Shown: positions 56,126-64,000 of the stretch, in pieces
Layout of the letters: every line of letters starts with the position of its first letter
How positions within the stretch are numbered: position 1 is the first letter of the stretch
Source: the human T2T-CHM13v2.0 reference genome, Homo sapiens
Assembly (NCBI RefSeq): GCF_009914755.1
Contig: NC_060939.1
Reading direction: 5' to 3' (one strand)
DNA: 64,000 nucleotides
Program-made: the position numbers and the translations under genes
Notes under the pieces: model-generated
What the model saw: the letters and a program-made list of their open reading frames with translations, nothing else
Database searches by the model: none
Told to the model about the DNA's origin: nothing

Positions 56126-57499
56126 AATGGAATGGAACTTAAGCAAGACGAATGGAAAGGAATGAAATGGAATGAACCCGAATGGAATGGAATGAACCCG
56201 AATGGAATGGAATGGATTGGAATGCAATGGAATGGAATCAACCTGAGAAGAAAGGAATGGAATGGAAAGGAGTGGAATGGAATGTAATGGAATGGAATGG
56301 AATGGAATGGAATCAACACGAATGGAATGGAATGGAATGGAATGGGATGGGATGGAATGGAATGGAATGGATGTTAATCAACACGAATGGAATGGAACGG
56401 AATGGAATGGAATGGAATGGAATGGAATGAACCCGAATGGAATGGAATGGATTGGAATGGAATGGAATGGAATCAACACGAGCGGAAACGAATGGAATGG
56501 AATGGAGTGGAATGGAAAGTAATGGAATGGAATGGAATGGAATGGAATCAACACGAATGGAATGGAACGGAATGGAATGGGATGGGATGGAATGGAATGG
56601 AATGGAAGTTAATCAACACGAATGGAATGGAACGGAATGGAAAGGAATGGTATGGAATGAAACCCAATGGAATGGAATGGATTGGAATGGAATGGAATGG
56701 AATCAACCCGAGCGGAAAGGAATGGAATCAAATGGAGTGGAATGGAAAGTAATGTAACGGAATGAAATGGAATGGAATCAACATGAATGGAATGGAACGG
56801 AATGGAATTTGATGGGATGGAATGGAATGGAATGAACCCGAATGGAATGGAATGGATTGGAATGGAATGGAATGGAATCAACCCGAGCCGAAAGGAATTG
56901 AATGGAACGGAGTGGAATGGAATATAATGGAATGGAATGGAAAGGAATGGAATCAACAAGAATGGAATGGAACGTAATGGAATGGGATGGGATGGAATGG
57001 AATGGAATGGAAGTTAATCAACACGAATGGAATGGAACGGAATGGAATGGAATGGAATGGAATGAACCCGAATGGGATGGAATGGATTGGAATGGAATGG
57101 AATGGAATCAACCCGAGAGGAAAGGATTGGAATGGAATGGAGTGGAATGGAATGTAATGGAATGGAATGGAATAGAATGGTATCAAAACGAATGGAATGG
57201 AACAGAATGGAATGGTATGGGATGGAATGGAATGGAATGGAAGTTAATCAACACGAATGGAATGGAACAGAATGGAATGGAATGGAATGGAATGGAATGG
57301 AATGGAATGGAATGAAATGGAAAAGAACGGAATGGAATCAACACGAGTGGAATGGAGTGGAATGGAATGGAATCAACCCGAGTGGAATGAAATGGAATGT
57401 AGTGCAATGGGATGGAGTGGAATCAACCCGAGTGGAATGGAATGTAATGGAAGTTAATCAACACGAATTGAATGGAACGGAATAGAATGGAATGGAATG

Positions 57500-58345
57500 G
57501 AATGGAATGGAATGGAATAAATCCGGGTGGAGTGGATTGGAATGTAATGGAGAGCAATGTAATCGAATTTTGTGGAATGGAATGGAATGGAATGGAATGG
57601 AATGGAATGAAATGGATTGGATCGGGATGGAATCCAATGGAATCAACTGGAATGGAATGGAATGGAAGGGAATGGAATGGAATAAATCCGGGTGGAGTGG
57701 AATGGAAAGTAATGGAGTGGAATGTAATGGAATTTAGTGGAATGGAATGGAATGGAATGGAATGGAATGAAATGGATTGGATCGGAATGGAAACCAATGG
57801 AATCAACTGGAATGGAATGGAATGGAATGGAATGGAATAAATACGGGTGGAGTGGAATGGAATGGAATGGAGTGGAATGGAATGGAATTTAGTGGGATGG
57901 AATGGAATGGAATGGAATGGAATGGAATGGAATGGAATGGAATGGAATGGAATGGAATCAACCGGAATGGGATGGCATGGAATGGAATTGAGTGGAATGG
58001 AATGGAATGGAATGGAAAGGAATCAAACCAAGTGCAATGAAATGGAATGAAATGCAATGGAATCCACCCGAGTGGAATGGAATGGAATGGAATGGAATGG
58101 AATGGAATGGAATGGAATGGAATAGAAAGGAATGGAGTGGAATGGAATAAACACCAGGGGAATGAAATGGATTGGAATGAAATGGAATGGAATGGAATGG
58201 AATGGAATGAAATCAACCCGAGTGGAATGGAACGGAATGGAATGGAAAGGAATGGAATAGAATGAAATGGCAAGGAATGGAATGGAATGGAATGGAATCA
58301 ACCCAAATGGGATGGCATGGAATGGAATTGAATGGAATGGAATGG
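57500..58345 (+). repeat. Dispersed ~0.8 kb copy of ~54780-55590
   Basis: ORFs 54743..55111 ~ 57472..57840 and 55074..55514 ~ 57803..58273. Markers: AATACGGGTGG 55111/57840 and ATGGCAAGG 55508/58267. Confidence 0.88.
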
Positions 58346-61300
58346 AACGGAATGGAATCAACCCGAGTGGAATTAAATGGAATGTAATGCAATGGGATGG
58401 AGGGGAATCAACCCGAGTGGAATGGAATGGAATGGAATGGAATGGAATGGAATGGAATGAAATGAAATGGAATGGATCAGAATGGAATCCAAGGGAATCA
58501 ACTGGAATGGAATGGAATGGAATGGAATGGAATGGAATGGAATGGAATAAATCCGGTGGGAGTGGAATGGAATGTAATGAAGTGGAATGTAATGGAATTT
58601 TGTGGAATGCAATGGAATGGAATGCAATGGAATGGAATGAAATGGATTGGATCGGAATGGAATCCATTGGAATCAATTGGAATGGAATGGAAAGGAATGG
58701 AATGGAATGGAGTGGAATGGAATGGAACGGAATGGAATGGAATGGAATGGAATGGAATAAATCCGGGTGGAGTGGAATGGAATGAAATGGAGTGGAATGG
58801 AATGGAATTTGGTGGAATGGAATGGAATGGAATAGAATGGAATGGAATGGAATTGAATCAACCCGAATGGAATGGAACGGAATGGAATGGAAAGGAATGT
58901 TATGGAATGGAATGGAATCAACACGAATAGGATGGCATTGAATTGAATGGAAAGGAATTTAATCGAATGGAATGGAATGGAATGGAATGGAATGGAATGG
59001 AATGGAATCAACCCAAGTGCAATGGAATGGAATGGAATGCAATGGAATCCAACCGAGTGGAAATGAATGGAATGGAATGGAATGGAATGGAATGGAATGG
59101 AATGGAGTGGAATCGAACGGAATGGAGTGGAATGCAATAAACACCAGGGGAATGAAATGGATTGGAATGAAATGTAATGTAATGTAATGGAATGGAATGG
59201 AATGGAATGGAATTGAATGGAATGAAATCAACCCGAGTGGAATGGAACGGAATGGAATGGAATGGAAAGGAATGAATGGAATGGAATGGGGTGGAAACAA
59301 CACGAGAGGAATGGAATGTAATGGAATGGAAAGGAACGGAATGGAAAGGAATGGAATGGAATGAACCCGAATGGAATGGAATGGATTGGAATGGAATGGA
59401 ATGGAATCAACCCTAGCGGAAAGGAATGGAATGGAATGGAGTGGAATGGAATGTAATGGAATGGAATGGAATGGAATGGAGTGGAATGTAATGTAACGGA
59501 ATGCAATGGAATGGAATGGAATCAACACGAATGGAATGGAATGGCATGGAATGGGATGGGATGGAATGGAATGGAATGGAATTTAATCAACACGAATGGA
59601 ATGGAAAGGAATGGAATGGAATGGCATGGAATGGAATGGAATGGAATGGAATGGAGTAGAATGAAATAGAAAGGAAAGGAATGGAATCAACACGAGTGGA
59701 ATGGAATGGAACGGAATGGAATCAACCCGAGTGGAATGAAATGGAATGTAATGCAATGGGATGGAGTGGAATCAACCCGAGTGGAATGGAATGGAATGGA
59801 ATGGAATGGAATAAATCCGGGTGGAGTGGAATGGAATGTAATGGAGTGGAACGTAATGGAATTTAGTGGAATGGGATGGAATGGAATCAACACGAATGGA
59901 ATGGAACGGAATGGAATGAGATGGGATGGAGTGGAATGGAATGGAATTTAATCAACACGAATTGAATGGAACGGAATGTAATGTAATGGAATGGAATGGA
60001 ATGGAATGAAATGGAATGGAATGGAATGGAATGGAATGGAATGAAATCAACCCGAGTGGAATGGAATGGAATGGAATGGAATGGAAAGGAATGAATGGAA
60101 TGGAATGGTGTGGAATCAACACGAGAGGAATGGAATGGAATGGAATGGAACGGAATGGAATGGAAAGGAATGGAATGGAATGAACGTGAATGGAATGGAA
60201 TGGAATCAACCCGAGTGGAAAGGAATGGAATGGAATGGAGTGGAATGGAATGGAATGGAATGGAATGGAGTGGAATGGAATGGAATGGAATGGAATGGAA
60301 TGGAATCAACACGAATGGAATGGAACGGAACGGAATGGGATGGGATGGAATGGAATGGAATGGAACTTAATCAACACGAATGGAAAGTAATGGAATGCAA
60401 TGCACCCGAATGGAATGGAATGAACCCGAATGGAATGGAATGGATTGGAATGCAATGGAATGGAATCAACCTGAGAGGAAAGGAATGGAATGGAATGGAG
60501 TGGAATGGAATGGAATGAACCCGAATTGAATGGAATGGATTGGAATGGAATGGAATGGAATCAACCCGAGCTTAAAGGAATGGAACGGAATGGAGTGGAA
60601 TGGAATGTAACGGAATGGAATGGAATGGAATGGAATCAACACTAATGGAATGGAACGGAATGGAATGGGATGGGATGGAATGGAATGGAATGGAAGTTAA
60701 TCAACACGAATGGAATGGAACAGAATGGAATGGAATGGAATGGAATGGAATGAAATGGAATGGAATGGAATGAAATGAAAGGGAAAGGAACGGAATGGAA
60801 TCAACACGAGTGGAATGCAATGGAACGGAATGGAATCAACCCGAGTGGAATGAAATGGAATGTAATGCAAAGGGATGGAGGGGAATCAACACGAGTGGAA
60901 TGGAATGGAATGGAATGCAATGGAATGGAATGGAATGGAATGGAATGAAATGGATTGGAATGGAATGGAATACAATGGAATCAACTGGAATGGAATGAAA
61001 TGCAATGCAATGGAAGGGAATGGAATGGAATGGAATAAATCCGGTTGGAGTGGAATGCAATGTAATGGAGTGGAATGGAATGGAATTTAGTGGAATGGAA
61101 TGGAATGGAATGGAATGGAATGGAATGGAATGGACCCGAATGGAATGGAATGGATTGGAATGGAATGGAATGGAATCAACCCGCGCGGAAAGGAATTGAA
61201 TGGAATGGAGTGGAATGGAATATAATGGAATGGAATGGAAAGGAATGGAATCAACACGAATGGAATGGAACGGAATGGAATGAGATGGGATGGAATGGAA

Positions 61301-61809
61301 TGGAATGGAAGTTAATCAACAGGAATGGAATGCAACGGAATGGAATGGAATGGAATGGAATGGAATGAACCCGAATGGAATTGAATGGATTGGAATGCAA
61401 TGGAATGGAATCAACCCGAGCGGAAAGGATTCGAATGGAATGGAGTGGAATGTAATGTAATGTAATGGAATGGAATGGAATCAACACGAATGGAATGGAA
61501 CGGAATGGAATGGTATGGGATGGAATGGAATGGAATGGAAGTTAATCAACACGAATGGAGTGGAATGGAATGGAATGGAATGGAATGGAATGGAATGAAA
61601 TGGAAAGGAACGGAATGGAATCAACACGAGTGGAATGGAATGGAACGGAATGGAATCAACCCGAGTGGAATGAAATGGAATGTAGTGCAATGGGATGGAG
61701 TGGAATCAACCCGAGTGGAATGGAATGGAATGGAATGGAATGGAATGGAATGGAATGGAAAGGAATGGAATGAAATGGATTGGATCGGAATGGAATCCAA
61801 TCGAATTAA

Positions 61810-63150
61810 CTGGAATGGAATGGAATGGAATGGAATGGAATAAATCCGGGTGGAGTGGAATGGAATGTAATGGAGTGGAATGGAATGGAATTTTGTGGGA
61901 TGGAATGGAATGGAATGGAATGCAATGGAATGGAATCAACCGGAATGGGATGGCATGGAATGGAATTGAGTGGAATGGAATGGAATGGAATGGAATGGAA
62001 TGGAATCAAACCAATGCAATGGAATGGAATGGAATGCAGTGGAATCCACCTGAGTGGAATGGAATGGAATGGAATGGAATGGAATGGAGTGGAATGGAAC
62101 GGAATGGAATGGAATGGAACGGAATAGAATGGAACAAACCCGAATGGAATGGAATGGAATTAACCCGAATGGAATGGAATGGATTGGAATGGAATGGAAT
62201 GGAATCAACCTGAGCGGAAAGGAATGGAATGGAATGGAGTGGAATGTAATGTAATGGAATGGAATGGAATGGAATCAACCCGAATGGAATGGAACGGAAT
62301 GGAATGGAAAGGAATGGAATGGAATGGAATGAAATGGAATGGAATGGAGTGGAATCTAACGGAATGGAGTGGAATGCAATAAACACCAGGGGAATGAAAT
62401 GGATTGGAATGAAATGGAATGGAATGGAATGGAATGGAATGGAATGAAAGCAACCCGAGTGGAATTGAACGGAATGGAATGGAATGGAAAGAAAAGAATG
62501 GAAAGGAATGGGGTGGAATCAACATGAGAGGAATGGAATGCAGTGGAATGGAATGTGATGTAATGGAAAGGAATGGAATGGAATCAACACGAATGGAATG
62601 GAACGGAATGGAATGGCATGGGATGGAATTTAATAGAATGGAAGTTAATCAACACGAATGGAATGGAATGGAATGGAATGGAATGGAATGGAATGGAATG
62701 GAATGGAAAGGAATGAAATGGAAAGGAACGGAATGGAATCAACACGAGTGGAATGTAATGGAACGGAATGGAATCAACCCGAGTGGGATGAAATGGAATG
62801 TAATGCAATGGGATGGAGGGGAATCAACCCGAGTGGAATGGAATGGAATGGAATGGAATGGAATGGAATGGAATGGAATGAAATAGAATGGATCCGAAAG
62901 GAACACATTGGAATCAACTGGAATGGAATGGAATGGAATGGAATGGAATGGAATGGAATAAATCCGGGTGGAGTGGATTGGAATGTAATGGAGAGCAATG
63001 TAATGGAATTTTGTGGAATGGAATGGAATGGAATGGAATGGAATGAAATGGATTGGATCGGGATGGAATCCAATGGAATAAACTGGAATGGAATGGAATG
63101 GAAGGGAATGGAATGGAATGGAATAAATCCGGGTGGAGTGGAATGGAATG
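61810..63150 (+). repeat. Dispersed ~1.3 kb copy of ~52340-53660 (offset ~9.46 kb)
   Basis: GAATTTTGTGGGATGG 52421/61888; GAATCTAACGG 52891/62352; GGAGAGCAATG 53508/62990; ORF 52718..52921 ~ 62179..62382. Confidence 0.88.
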
Positions 63151-64000
63151 GAATGGAGTGGAATATAATGGAATTTTGTGGAATGGAATGGAATGGAATG
63201 GAATGGAATGGAATGGAATGGAATGAAATGGATTGGATCGGAATGGAACCCAATGGAATCAACAGGAATGGAATAGAATGGAATGGAATTCAATGGAATG
63301 GAATGGAATAAATCCGGGTGGAGTGGAATGGAATGAAATGGAGTGGAATGGAATGGAATTTAGTGGAATGGAATGGAATGGAATGGAATGGAATTGAATG
63401 GAACGGAATCAACCCGAATGGAATGGAACGCAATGGAATGGAAAGGAATGGAATGGAATGGAATGGAATGGAATGGAATGGAATGGAATCAACACAAATG
63501 GGATGGCATGGAATTGAATGGAATGGAATGGAATGGAATGGAATGGAATGGAATGGAATGGAATGGAATGGAATCAACCCAAGTGCAATGGAATGGAATG
63601 GAATGCAATGGAATCCACCCGAGTGGAATGGAATGGAATGGAATGGCATGGAATGGAATGGAATGGAATGGAATGGAATGGAGTGGAATGGAACGAAATG
63701 GAGTGGAATGCAATAAACACCAGGGGAATGAAATGCATTGGAATGAAATGGAATGGAATGGAATGGAATGGAATGGAATGGAATGGAATAAATCCGGGTG
63801 GAGTGGAATGGAATGTAATGGAGTGGAATGTAATGGAATTTAGTGGAATGGGATGGAATGGAATCAACACGAATGGAATGGAACGGAATGGAATGAGATG
63901 GGATGGAATGGAATGGAATGGAAGTTAATCAACACGAATTGAATGGAACGGAATGCAATGGAATGGAATGGAATGGAATGGAATGGAATGGAATGGAATG

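Larger units (their letters stand above)
1..64000 (+). repeat. Satellite III (HSat3) array: degenerate (GGAAT)n with interspersed CAACCCGA(G/A)T / CAACACGA(G/A)T 10-mers; pericentromeric or acrocentric-type heterochromatin
   Basis: Seen: GGAAT pentamers from base 1 to base 64000, purine-rich strand always on +, interrupted every few tens to ~150 bp by CAACCCGAGT-like motifs. Established: (GGAAT)n plus CAACCCGAG/AT is the diagnostic signature of human satellite III. HSat2 is instead dominated by a ~26-bp CATTCGATTC-type unit, which is not the pattern here. Confidence 0.98.

Noticed and set aside
6-63928. Hundreds of ORFs encoding poly-(MEWNG) on the + strand
   Set aside because: A stop-free 5-mer gives the same pentapeptide in all three frames and an ATG every 5 bp. 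The ORFs overlap in all frames and end at random variants. The same peptide is known from (TGGAA)n translation in SCA31, but nothing here indicates expression.
1-64000. CRISPR-like alternation of conserved words and spacers
   Set aside because: The spacers are themselves GGAAT repeats of variable length, not unique sequences. There are no palindromic repeats, leader or cas genes.
1-64000. Telomeric repeat or G-quadruplex array
   Set aside because: There is no TTAGGG array. G tracts are mostly GG, and the GGG tracts (GGGATGGGAT, CAGGGG) do not come in sets of four.
1-64000. Embedded transposon, inversion or unique island
   Set aside because: I saw no poly-A tail, Alu/L1 fragment, CATTC-oriented block, or non-satellite stretch longer than ~20 bp.
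1-64000. Assignment to a specific chromosome or HSat3 subfamily, e.g. DYZ1 (3.6 kb) or the chr15 1.8 kb repeat
   Set aside because: There is no regular 3.6 kb or 1.8 kb period, and the 3.2-3.9 kb units occur only as pairs. Assignment needs k-mer comparison with a T2T reference.

Overview
The whole 64 kb window is one uninterrupted array of classical human-type satellite III (HSat3): degenerate (GGAAT)n on the + strand, punctuated by CAACCCGAGT / CAACACGAAT-type 10-mers. I see no genes, RNA genes, transposon insertions, inversions or unique sequence. All ORFs in the track (poly-MEWNG on +, poly-FHSIP on -) are arithmetic by-products of a stop-free 5-mer. I found no new protein- or RNA-encoded system. 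The real information is in the architecture: (i) variant motifs recur in a fixed order, forming a cryptic ~1.2 kb ancestral cycle marked by a recurrent 1-bp register slip; (ii) there are layered tandem duplications of different ages (a near-perfect 6.45 kb pair, overlapping 3.84 kb and 3.2 kb pairs, a 2.06 kb pair with a 750-bp deletion, older 4.4 kb and ~17/23 kb pairs, and 40-240 bp micro-duplications), three of which have breakpoints mappable to 19-32 bp; (iii) there is a clear CpG-deamination footprint. All coordinates come from reading by eye plus the ORF track, so diverged-copy boundaries are approximate. Species (human vs another ape), chromosome and HSat3 subfamily cannot be fixed without a search.
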